Source: Octopus sinensis
Taxonomy: Eukaryota
NCBI RefSeq assembly: GCF_006345805.1
Contig: NC_043010.1
Coordinates: 49,972,001 to 50,036,000, forward strand
Length of the DNA stretch: 64,000 nt
Direction: 5' to 3'
This document shows, piece by piece, positions 24,001 to 37,400 of the stretch. The position numbers and the translations under genes were made by a program. Below the pieces are notes generated by a model. It made no database searches, had not been told where the DNA came from, and saw only the letters and a list, made by a program, of their open reading frames with translations. Each line of letters starts with the position of its first letter. The stretch's first letter is position 1.

Positions 24001-27000
24001 ACTCTGTGGGGTGGTTGGTGTTAGGAAGGGCATCCAGCTGTAAAAATCCTGCCAAAACAGTCACAAAAGTCTGGTGCAGGCTTCTATCTGGCCGGCTCCT
24101 GTCAAACAGTCCCACTCATGCCAGCATGGAAAGCGGACATTAAACGATGATGATATACATAGGATGCTGAACCTTTCATGTGAGATGACAAAGGACCGAG
24201 ATGCCTGGCGCATTGCTGTACTCAAAAAGACCCATACACTGCAGCAAAGAAGTTAAGACTGGTTCCTCTGTTGGTGTAAAACACTTGTGGCAGTGTCATA
24301 TAAAAGCACCTGTGAGGTGCCACAGAAAAATGCCTGTGCAGTGCCATGTAAAAGCACCAAGCACACTCTGCAATGTGATTGGCATTAGGAAGGGCATCCA
24401 GCTATAGAAACCATGCCAAATCAGACTGGAGTCTGATGAGGCTCCCCAGCTTGCCAGCTCTGGTCAAACCATCCAACCCATGCCAGCTTGGACAACGGAT
24501 GTTAAATGATGATGATGGCAAATACAATGTACTACTTCTAGTTTCCATCTAATAAATAATATCACAAAACTTTGGTTGGCCTGAGGTAATAGTAGAAGAC
24601 ATCTGCTCATGGTACCATGAAATGGGGCTGAACCTGAAACCATGCAGTCGTGAACCAAACTTCTTAACCACATAGTCACACCTTTGACATTCAGAAAATA
24701 GGCACTATTCTGAAAATACCTTTTATCATACTATCCAATTAAGATAACGTTCTAACAAAGTTACGTATCTCTCTCTCACACACAAAAGCACGTATCTCTC
24801 TCACACACACGAAGGTATGTATCTCTCTCTGTCTCTCACACATACACACACACACACACATGTATAAATCCCATATCATTACATTAAAAAGAGACCTCTC
24901 AAAAATCCTATGGAAATGATGTACCTGGGAAATAGTAAGTCCTTGTATTCGAACATAATGGTTTAAAAGCTTCTGGGCAGCACATTTTGCCTCTTCACAT
25001 AATTTGGATATAGGAGTTACTCCGGTTGTGTCTTCCATCAGAAGCTGTTCTTCAGTCAGCACAACCTGTTGGATAGAAAAGGAATTATTGTACAAATAAC
25101 TTAAAGAAATGTTTCATAGGATGATGAAGCATTGATAATGGAATGACAAGTGTGTTATGAAATCTAAGAGGGAAAGAGAAAGCAAAATACACCAAATAAA
25201 AAAGTGAACAAAAACTCTATGTGTGTGTGTATTTAACGATAATGCATTTGTATACTTGTGTGTAAGAAAGCAAGGTTTGACCCAATATGTATGAACAGCA
25301 CATGACCAAGTTAGTTGTAAAGATCCCTTCAGTCATGAATGACCATAGGATTGCATCTAGAAAGTTACCCTCCAAGGTATAAGTCTGGGTAAGGTTGTTG
25401 AGGGAAGACTAGCAGTCTCTCATGCATACCAGCCTCTCCTCTCCACACCACTGACATTATCCAAGGGAAAGGCAAAGGCTGATACAGCTTGGCACCAGTG
25501 ATGTCGCAACTCATGTCAACAGCTGAGTGAGCTGGAGTAACGTGGAATAAAGTGTCTTTGCTCAAGAACACAATGCACAGCCTGGTCCAGGGGAATCAAA
25601 CTCACCACCACATGACTGTGAGCTTGATGCTCTAACCACTGAGCCATGTGCCTTCATATCTTCCTATATAGGTGCAATACCATGGTCATTCATGACCGAA
25701 GGGGATCTTTTTTATATTTCTATAATTAAATATTATTAGGAATTGTATTAAAAAAAAATTCTCAAAATAATTTGTGTATTGTAGAAGTGTAACCAATTTA
25801 TAGCACATAAACCTTAACAAACAAAATCTTATATAAACCCCCACCAAGGGCCATATGGACCCCAGTTGAGAATCACTGATCTACACAATCTCACCACGTC
25901 TTTAAAACTTGTGAGTGACTGTTATGTAGCAGTCATCACTTTTAAATATGTGTATGTGTCAGAGTACACTCACCAAATGTGATATGATAGAATTACTGAA
26001 ATCTTCACAGAGTCTTGAGAGAATTAATAACAATGAAGGTGGAATAGACCCTCGTTCAGCAGCACCTTCACAGAAATCCTGTAACAAAAAAAAAAAAAAA
26101 AAAGAGAAATGACATACACCTCAATACTTCCAAACACATGTATCTATATAGCCTCTATACACAAACTGATTTATTAACATTGGATCACCAAGGTCAGAAC
26201 AAATAAGACTTATGGCACAATATTTGGAAAAGATATCTTATGGTCAGTTTTGTAGGATTCCAGTTACACAGAGGATGAAGAACTGCAGATGTCTGAGTAT
26301 ATTTTTATTAGCTTGACATTTGGCATGTTTTAATATATTTAGAGTTTCATGTAGTGATCATAGCAGAAGCATGGAAGATACATTTTTATTAGAGAACCAC
26401 AATCATTATTAATGCTTAGCAACAGGTCTTTTGTTCAGAACGCTTTTTCCAATTCAGCTTCTTATGCATTGAGAGCTCTCCCTGACACATCACCAATCAC
26501 CACCATCTTTTTTTAAAACTTTACCCCAGGAAGACATGGGCCAAAGTACTGAAGAAAAACCTCAGGATGCTGAATTGTTCAGAGGAGATGAGAAAGGACT
26601 GGGATATCAGGTGCCTTGAAGACCCATCCTCTACAACAGAAGTGTTAATACTGCTTTCCCTGATGAAGGGAATTGGCCCGCAAGAGTCCTGTGCTGGCAC
26701 CACATAAAAAGTACTTGTGACAGCACCATGTAAAAATGCTCACAACAGTGCCATGTTAAAAGCACGCAGTACACACAGTAAAGTGGTTGGCATTAGGAAG
26801 GGCATCCAGTCACAGAAACCAAGCCAAATCACACTGGAACCTGGTGCAGCTCTCTGGCTTGCTAGCTCTGGTCAAACTGTCCAACCCATGCCAGCATGGA
26901 AAGCAGACATAAAAAGATGATGATGACTCCCATCTAGTCCTATAATGTGAGAGAGCCATGTATCTCTCCTACAGTAAGAAACTTGTGCCTGCTCTTCCTT

Positions 27001-30000
27001 TCACACTTCAACCTCTCAACATCTAGCATGAAGCCATTTCCCTCTCTACAATAGTCCTTCTCAGTTGAGCGGGATATTAGTTTTGCAAGTTACATGGTGA
27101 CCTCACTTGTGCTGGTGCCACAAAAAAAGCATCCAGTACCCTCTGTAAAGTGACTGCATTAAAAAGAACAGAAACTGCACCAAAGCAGACACTGGAGCGG
27201 TCCACTGACTTGTTGAATTCTGTTGAGTTATCCAACCCATGCCATCATGAAAGACAGACATTAAATGATGATGATGATGACAATGATGTTGATAATGGGA
27301 TTTTAACTCAAAGCACATTAAGCTGTAATGAATACTGCAAGGTATTCTATGAACACCCCATTTATTCACTGTCCTTTGCTTCTGAATTATTCAATGATGG
27401 ATACATATGATGCAGCTGCTAACAAGAAAAGCTACAGCAATAAATCTACTTTGTATACATAACGTTGGTGTGTATTTACACTAAATGGAAAATATTATGT
27501 CACCAAAGTGACAGTTATTTATTTCAGAGTTGTGTGCCCTTCTTAAAAGAAATAGCATTCCTCATTTAATCTTTTGATGATACAAACTTTCTCTTCTAAT
27601 ATGATCGAAATTAAAATCTTCCACTAATGCTTCAAGTTAATTCATGTTCCCAACACCAGCTTGATAATGACAAAATTATTTTACTAATTTCTTTCTTTAT
27701 TTTCAAAATTAATTGTAACAAAATCAGTGTATTTCAATAGAAATATGATAACAAAAGAGTTTAGGAAAAAAAGAAGAAATCATTGTTAACAACAAAAAGT
27801 ACTCACAGAACAAACTTGGCATATATGCCTAATAAAGTTAGTAAGTATTCCTTCTCTCACATCTTGTATACAGAAAGGGCCCCTGAAGTATGGCTTCATA
27901 GCAAAAGTGATATCAGGGGAAATAAATGCCTGTAAAAATGAACAAAGAACCAATTTAAAACATTTCATCAAGGGCAGAGGTCACCAAACTTGGGACAGTA
28001 TCTACACAAACTCAAAATATCAGTTCCAAGCTAATATTTTTATGGTTATATTTGTTGTTATGATTTTTAAATCACAAATAACATTTTTAAGAGATTAATT
28101 TTTTATCAAATTCTATAAATGTTACATTACAGTCAGCTAAAATTGATTTTTATGTAGAAGCTGTAAAAACACCTAATTTATAAAGGATGCTAACATCCAG
28201 TGTTCAAAGATATAAACAAACAAATCATGGAAAACTGTGATCCCACAGGACTTCCCGAATGGCATGTCTAGCAAAAATTACCTGGCATTCTTTAAGTAGT
28301 GTAACCCACCTGATAATATATATATATATATATATATATAATAGAAATATTAAAATTACTAAGTCTCTCTAAAAGAGATTACGGCAGCGTTACTGGAAAT
28401 TAATTGTTATCGCCATATTAATATGGCAGTCTTATAGATATAAGACTAAAGCTGTCGCTGATTAGCTCCATGAGGCCATCGCCTTAAGCTAGCTATTTGA
28501 CACACAAACTGTGTCCATTATAACCCTTCGAACAAGGGAGGTCAGCCGCTTCACACTGCCAGTCAGACAGCTACAGACGCGTTTCAGGGTATTTGCCCTT
28601 TGTCAATGTAGCGTAGTCAGACCCAGCAGGTGTTGCCACTGATCGTCTTTGTTCGAAGGTTTTATTTACCTAGTTTATGTGTGAGTGTATATATATATAC
28701 ACATCTATGTTTGTATGACTGTGTATAGAAGAATATATTAAAACAATGAATTAAAACCTATCTGATTTTCACATTTCATTATTTACAATTTTACAATATT
28801 ATAAAAATAGAATATTATATATTTATTATGATAACACTAGTACTTTCATGCATTATGCAATCATCAGGTTTATACAGTAATAGTAGTGACAGTCATGTCC
28901 CACAATTGATAACTGTAGTGAATTGATGAAATTTGTATTTTAAGTACCAATTGTTAGGCTCCAAGCAGATTGAATCTTACAAATAGTATTTTGACTAATC
29001 AGTATGTGGCTTAGAAGTCATGTTTTGGTGAAACCTGTTATGTGTGAGTGTATGTGTACATACAGACAGAGAGACAGACAGACATACACACACACACACA
29101 TATATCTATATATCTTTTGCCTCTCATCTCCTAGCAGAAAATTGCCTTCACCTTCACCCCAGAGTTTGTAGTCTTGCAAACAGCAAGATGGCCTCACTAG
29201 TGCTAACAGCATGAAAAATGTGCCCTGTACATCAGTGTTTCTCAACCTTTTTACCCTTGCGTAACCCTTAAAATAAATTACATGTGTCAAGGAACCCCTG
29301 CACAAAAAAAATTATATACCATATCTTTCTCATATTTTTTTCATTGTAGGTCACATGGTAAATATCATATATATATTCACACACTTATTGCAGTGGTCCT
29401 TCAGTTTTTCTAAGCCCTGTAAAAGAATTCAGAAGGTTGGGCTTCCAACCAGGCCTTTCGCAATACCCCTGAAACCAGAAACTTTTAAATACTCCCTTGC
29501 ATGCATGCATACATACATGCATACATACATACATACATGCATGCATGCATGCATACATACATACATGCATGCATGCATACATACATACATACATACATAC
29601 ATACATACAGACAGACTACATGTATGGCATACCTGTAAGTTGGCGAGAACAGATTTAATTTGCTCCAATACCGAAGTTTCAGTATTGTTCAATAATTCTG
29701 ATAAGCTGTCAGAACTATCTTGTTTGCCAATCTGTTTCGGAGCAGCTAAATTCTGACGAACATCTGTTAAGCAGTCTGAAATTTGAAGATGATAATAATG
29801 AGGATAGTATTCAATAAAAGGGAGACGGATGTTAACAATTAAATTTACTCCAGTATATTACTGGTATTTATTTCATCAATATACATACACACATAATTAA
29901 GTAAATGACAAAGAAACAGGAAATTATGCAAGAACTCTATTAGCTTACAGATGTTTCTGCCATAAGATGTAATGCACTCATTTTGAAACTCTAGGAAGCT

Positions 30001-31360
30001 ATAAGCTGATGCTGAAGCACTCAGTTTTGAGTGCAATACATAATTTCCTGTTCCTCTGTCATTTCTCTAATTTTATATTATGCTCTATATCAAACCAGTG
30101 CTTATTCTGAAGCTTATTTATATTGAATTCTAAAACTAGGTTATTAATATTGCTATGCTCAAATGAAACATTATATGTAAAAGAAATAGGGAGATTATAT
30201 GAAAAAGGGAATAAAGTGTATACAAACCTAAAAAGTGCTGTTTCAACATTTGCAAGTAGTAAGCTCCTCTTTCTCTGGCAGCCTTTGACACAATTTCAGT
30301 ACCAGCTCTAAAGATGGTGTTAAACAGAAGGGTTGTCAATTTAAAAGCAACTAACATTGGACAATGTAAAAGTAACAAACAATTATTACTTCTTAACTTA
30401 TGTGGGTGTCTTTGTGTTCTTTTGTGCTAGTGTTCATGTTTGTGTCTGCACATGTATTTTTTTCCTCTCCAGGCTATTGTCCAAAAAATATCGAAAGGTA
30501 TTCTTTCAATGTGGAGGCGCGTGGTTTAGTGGTTAGGGTGTCAGCATCATGATTGTAAGATTGTGGTTTCAATTCCTGGACCGGGCGACGCGTTGTGTTC
30601 TTGAGCAAAACACTCCATTTCACGTTGCTCCAGTCTACTGAGCTGGCAAAAATGAGTAACGCTGTGATGGACTGGTGTCCCGTCCAGCTGGGGAACACAT
30701 ACGCCATAGAAACCAGGCCCATGAGCCTGGCTAGGATTTAAAAAGGGCGCATTTATTTTTTTAATTTTATTCTTTTAATGAATCTGCTTTACTTTTCACA
30801 GTTTTTTTATTCATTTGTTCTTCGTCACAGTCTGATGTTCTCCAGAACCATTTAAGTTTGAAACTATTTAGAAGACAGCTCTTCTAGTAATGAAGGTACA
30901 TTGCCTAGTGGTTAGTTTGATGCACTTACTATTGCAAGATAATGGTTTCAATTCCCAGACTGAGTGAAAACTGTGTTCTTTTAACAAAATAGTTCATTCC
31001 ACTTTGCTCTGCAATTGCAACATCTGACATGTGGTACACCATGCACAGGGAGTGAGCTAATGTACAGCACAAACATTTGATCATGATAAACAGATCATTT
31101 GTGCAGGTTGTTCAGGAAGAAATTGCAGAACCCTCACCTGTTATGACAGCAGAGTCCGCAATACTCTGGCAATAGCACTATTCATATTTTCACAGTTCTC
31201 ATATAGAAACTTACCGTGAAAAGTCAGTGTCAGGCAAGAGTTTGTTCATAGCTTGAAGTCTCCGATGAAAACGATCCAAAGCACGTACAAGAATAGTATT
31301 ATCACCTGTTTCTTTCTGAAAGGATTCAAAAGGAATTTACATAAGCATATCTGTTTATAT

Positions 31361-31405
<45 letters not shown>

Positions 31406-34400
31406 TATATATAAAGAGAAAGAGATTAAAAAATTACACAGCAGGACGACAAAGGAACATATGGAAAAATTGTACAGAAGATGTGGACATGCTCTTCCCT
31501 CATCAGTTATTGTCCAAAAATCATAATAATTTTGTGCCTTTAATGACAAGATTGTGCATTTTGGTGGCATCAACAGCAAAGAGCAGTTGGGGAATAAATG
31601 ATCGAACATAGAGGATAGTGACAAAAATAAACAAATTATAAATAATGACAGAATAAGAGGAGACTTAACGGAAAATGACACAGGTAGCTGGTACATATAA
31701 AATATACACATACAAATAAAGGCCTTATAGTTATGAGATAACAATGGGACAAAACATGTATAAGTAATGCTTATCATCATCACATGTGCAAGTAAGAAGA
31801 TGAAGAATAAATTTAACATATTTTCGTAATTAGTTACAATTGATTTGATATCATACTGTTTCTAACACCAATACACATAAATGATTCAATGTGAAAAGTT
31901 ACATAATATCTACAGCTGATTACACTGGAGTGACACTTCATCAGACTAGCATTAGGACATATGATCTTATGCATGGCCGTGTGGTTAAGGAGATCATTTC
32001 CCAACCACATGGTTTCAGGTTCAGTCCTACTAAAAGTCACTGGGAAAATGTATTCTACTATAGATAAGTTAAACTAGGGTCAAAATGCACATTGTTAAAT
32101 GATATATTGCAGATTTGTCTAACATATGCTAGCATGGAGAAACAAAATCAAGATAAATTTCTTATCTTAAACTCTTAAACAAACATTATTTTTGGTGCAT
32201 CACATCAGACAAAAAACAACAGAGAAATCTAATTATATATTAAAATGGACTCACCTCTAAGAGTACTCTCTTGTGTACACAGTCAAAGTACCTTTCCATG
32301 AGAGAGTTTACAAAATTCACCAACTTTTTCAATGCTATTGCATCTAAATTCTCACTGAAATTTGGAAATATAATATTAGACTTTAAGTTTCTCTTAAGAC
32401 TAATTTGCTTAACTGATCTCATGGGATTACCATTTAATAGTTTTTAGATTGTACACATTACACATCTTTTCACAACACTACATATAGCTTATAACATGAA
32501 CAAGAGTGAAAATAGGTGGAAAACAAGATTATATGCTTATTTAAAAATAAAATCATGTCAAGCTCAAACACACAAAGCTGTCCACAAAGCCCAAGTGTAA
32601 AATTGGTGGTTGTTTTTAGCATTATACTCAAGAAGACCCATCTACCACAGCAGAATTGATACCGGAGGTGGTGCCACATAGAAGCACTGGTGTTGGCACC
32701 ATGTTAAAAGCATACATAGAAACACCCTGGGCACTCTGTAAAGTGGTTGGCATTAGGAAGGGCATCCAGCTGTAGAAACCACGTTAGAATAGACAATGGG
32801 GCCTGGTGCTGCTCCTGGCCTTACAAGCAAGGAAAACAAACATTAAAGGATGATGATGATAATAAAAATGTCTTCAAATAAACTGAATGGGTTCTCATTC
32901 CTTAGCCTAACTCAGGGATTGGCAATCTTTTAAGAGAAGTTAGCTGCATGAGAGACTATTTATCACCAGGTGGGTCACACTACTAAAAATAAATTCAAGG
33001 TAATTTTTCATTTAGAAAATCAGTGGACCACAGTTTGCCTGTGACTGGTCTAATTAGTATGGTTTTTTAGTACGTTAGTCAAAGGAGGAAGAGCTGTGAC
33101 AAAAATCTTTGACACTCATCCCAAATTAGTGAGACTGGTGTGATAGATATTCAGTTGAGCATCTGTATTTCTGCATTTGTACAAAAAAATTGATAATTGG
33201 AGTTCTGAAAAATATTCTAATCTATTATAAATTTATTTCACACTTTTCTACTTTGAACATTTACATTTCACTTGCAAAGATTTTGCAAGTACTTTTTTTT
33301 TTTATATATATATAAAGACAATTGTGTTGGTATGAACAAGTGATGTGTTACTGGGCAATGAGTTCTGGTTGAAAAGTGCCATTTTGCTACCAGTCAATGT
33401 ACATAGAAGAGGAAAATATTGAAAGGAGTGGAGTCAAAGGTGATGTGCTATACATGATTGAGAGGAAAAAATGGTAATAAAAACAATGATGATGACAATG
33501 CAACTTACTCTTCTTGAAGTCTGTTTAAGAACATGTCATTGTAAGATGCTATCACAAGACAGATGTTACTGAGGAATGTATTACAGCCATGGTCCACAAA
33601 TTCAAGGACATCCTATTAAAAACAAAGAGAGACAGAATGAACTAAACAGAACAGGAGGAAATGTGGATGGAAGAGTTGCTGAAGATGTCACAGATGTGTA
33701 ACGAAAGATTTCCAGACAATGGACATAAGATAAAATAAGAACAGTAATAAACAAGTGAAGAACAAATAAATAGTGCATGTGTTTATTTGGCAAGAAAAAA
33801 AAAAGAAAATTGATCATCCTGAAATATAACAATTTTTATGCTTGATCAATAATTTTGATATTTGTTTTGTTTCCTTAAAAGTAATTTATAATACAAGTTT
33901 GCTAAATTCAGTTACCATGAAGAATGCAGAATCTAACATTTCGAGCCATGTCCTTGTGAGTATAACAGACATTTAAAACTCTCAAACATATTTCAGATGT
34001 TAAGCTTTACACTCTCTGATGACCTTTCATGATGGCCAAATGACTACAACATCACAAACCAGATTTTCCAAAATCTAAGCTTTCTCTTAAGAGTCAGAAA
34101 ATACTTAAGATCTGAACAGGAACATGAACACCTTGTTAATATACTGCTTATGTACAAGGGAGAGTGCAGCTGTTAATGAGTGACAAACCTTCGTTTGCCA
34201 AGTTTTTACAACCACTATCCATCACTGTACTGAATGCATGCAACAGAATGATCCCTGCTAAAGGCACCCAAGGACCAGATGGTGGTGTTAAACTAAATGA
34301 CAGATAAAGTCTATCCCCAAAAAAACAGAGGACACAAACAGCTGGAGTAAATACTGCAAAACATCAGGTTTGATGCTTTAACAGTTCTACTGATCTACCA

Positions 34401-37400
34401 CCCTGGATCAGTACTTTATTTGATCAATCCTAAAAGGATAAAAGTCAAAGCTGACCCAGTGGAATTTCCTCACACAAATTAATCCTTTTGTTATCACATT
34501 TCTGTTGAAATACACTGCCTTTGTTTCAGTTAATACTGAAAATAATGGCAAATTCATTGAAATAACTGTCATTATTAATCTGCTGTTTGGAACATAAAAT
34601 GGACGTAAAATTTTGATTGAAAGTCTTAATTAGAATTATTTTAGAACAGAATTTGGGTCATAGAACTGAGGGATAGCTGAGGTAGGTTGGTATCAAAAGG
34701 GTTACTCTTTTACTTGTTTCAGTCATTTGACTGCAGCCATGCTGGAGCACTGCCTTTTAGTTGAGCAAATTGACCCCAGGACTTATTCTTTGGAAGCCTA
34801 GTACTTATTCTATCGGTCCCTTTTGCCGAACCGCTAAGTTACGGTGATGTAAGCACACCACCATCAGTTGTCAAGCGATGTTGGGGAGGGGAGGGACAAA
34901 CACAGACACACAAACATATACACACACACACACATACATATATTTATATATATACATATATACGACGGGCTTCTTTTCAGTTTCCATCCACCAAATCCAG
35001 TCACAAGGCTTTGGTTGGCCCGAGGCTATAGTAGAAGACACTTGCTAATGGTGCCATGCAGTGGGAATGAACCCGGAACCATGTGGTTCGTAAACAAGCT
35101 ACTTACCACACAGCCACTCCTGCGTTAAATACTAATGTATATAATCCTTCCTCCATAGGTACAAGGCCTGAAATTTTTGGGGAAGGGAATAGTCAATTAC
35201 CCCATGCCTTGACTGGTACTTATTTCCTTGACCCCAAAAGGATGAAAGGCAAAGTCAACCTCAGAAGAATTTAAACTCAGAATGTGAAGATGGGTGAAAT
35301 GCCTCTAAGCATTTTGTCTGATGTGAAATTGATTCTGCCAGCTTGCTGCCCTAATAGTAATATAAATGCTAATTTGTGCACCTTGAGGGATGGGAAAGAA
35401 GCCCCTTCGAAGGGCAGAGGAACTTGTTAGGGTCAACAACATCATCATCATTTAACGTCCGCTTTCCATGCAAGCATGGGTTGGACGATTTGACTAAGGT
35501 CTGGCAAACCAGATGACTGCATCAGACTCCAATCTGATCTGACAGAGTTTCTATGGCTGGATGCCCTTCCTAATGCCAACCACTCCGAGAGTGTAGTGGG
35601 TGCTTTTACGTGCCACCGGCACAAGGGCCAGTCAGGTGGTACTGGCAGTGGCCACGCTCAAATGGTGCTTTTTATGTGCCACCTGCACAGGATCTTCATT
35701 TGGTGAAACTGCACAACATAGTCTGTTTGGAAGAGGCTCTTCAGCCAATGGTCAGTCTAGGGTCAACCAATCCAGTCAGCAAATTATTGCCAACTGGAAG
35801 AACTGACAATTCATCAACCCACATTAACTACTTGAAAACACTATAGAGTTCTGAAACTTCAGAGTATCACCAATTGAAGCTCAATGACTAGTAGTAACAT
35901 AAAAAAGAGAGAGAACACAATATTGTTGTTTTGAATGTAAGTATTTGTAATCAAATATCGTGGAGGCGTGTGGCTTAGTGGTTAGGGTGTCAGCATCATG
36001 ATCATAAGATTGTGGTTTCGATTCCTGGACCAGGCGACGCGTTGTGTTCTTGAGCAAAACGCTTCATTTCACGTTGCTACAGTCCACTCAGCTGGCAAAA
36101 ATGAGTAACGCTGCAATGGACTAGCATCCCGTCCAGCTGGGGAACACATACGCCATAGAAACCAGGAAACCGGGCCCATAAGCCTGGTTAGGCTTGAAAA
36201 GGGCGCATTTATTTTTTATATTTGTAATCAAATATACATGTGAAAATAGAAATAACAACAAAACAAGTGGATATGTAGGTATGTACGAAAGTTGATGTGT
36301 AGAATTGTGATAAAATCTATTACTATTGGAGCCATCATGTAGGCTTGAGCAGGTCTTTCTACTTCTTCTATCAGTGGAATTACTCCGGATTGTAATTGTA
36401 TCTGCCTTTCCAGTTCAGCCAAATCTTCATCAATCTTTTGACGGGCACTAGAAATATAGAACACGCCAGAAAATAATAAAAATATACAAAATGACAGTTT
36501 TTTTACACATTAATTTAATATCTACTCAGTTATCTGTCTTACATACATATACACTGAATAGGAAATGGACCTCAATGAAGCAGTAACAAGTTTCTTGTTA
36601 CTGCTTCACTCACTTGTATCTCCAGATAAAGTTATCCAGCATTAGAATCAATGCTGTGTTACAAGAGTGTGTGTGTGTGTGTGTGTGAGAGGTAGAAGAA
36701 GGTAAGAGAGAATGACAAAATGAAGGAAAGAATAAGAGGGGGAAAAAACAGAAAGGGAAGAAAGAAAGAAAAAAGAAAAAGAAATTCAGAGAAAGAATGA
36801 GAGAAAGAGACAAAGTAAAAAACAGACAAACAAAGAAAAAATGATATGAAAAGAAATGAAAGACAGACAGAGAAAGAATTAAAGCAAAGGAAAGACAGAA
36901 AATGTGAGAATGATTTCCATTTCAAAACTACAATTCATACTCACAAAATCTCACATCATTTCTAGCATGGCTAATGTTGGATTTAAGCGTAAATTAAACA
37001 AGTTTACACTTAGGACCCTATTAACAACAGGGGTTTTATAATAATTAGAAGATATGTTTTCAGTTTTTATGAGATGTTCGAGTTGCAGGTATGGCAGTGT
37101 GGTTACAATGGTTGCTTCCCAACCATGTGGTCATGGGTTCAGTTCCACTGCATGACTCACTTCTGTCTGATCCATGCAATCAAGGAAAAGTGGACATTAA
37201 ATAATGATGATGTCATAGTGTAAATTTCCAAGAAGGGTCTTCCATGCTTTACGTAGCTTAGCATGATTAGACTGTGTGCCACCTGGGGTGGCCCTTCCAT
37301 TTGCCACCCCTACCTTCACAAAAAACACATATTGCCTACAGCAGACCCAAAAGTGGTACCCCTTTAACCCTTTCGTTACCAACCTGGCCAAAACTGGCTC

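Noticed and set aside
26655-26700. CTGATGA AGGG..CCC GCAAG AGTC as a hammerhead
   Set aside because: GAAA is broken, there is no helix I pairing, and it lies in an RTE remnant.
31455-31515. CTGATGA GGGAAGAGCATGTCC.. (minus strand) as a hammerhead
   Set aside because: No GAAA after a credible helix II; at most a decayed remnant.
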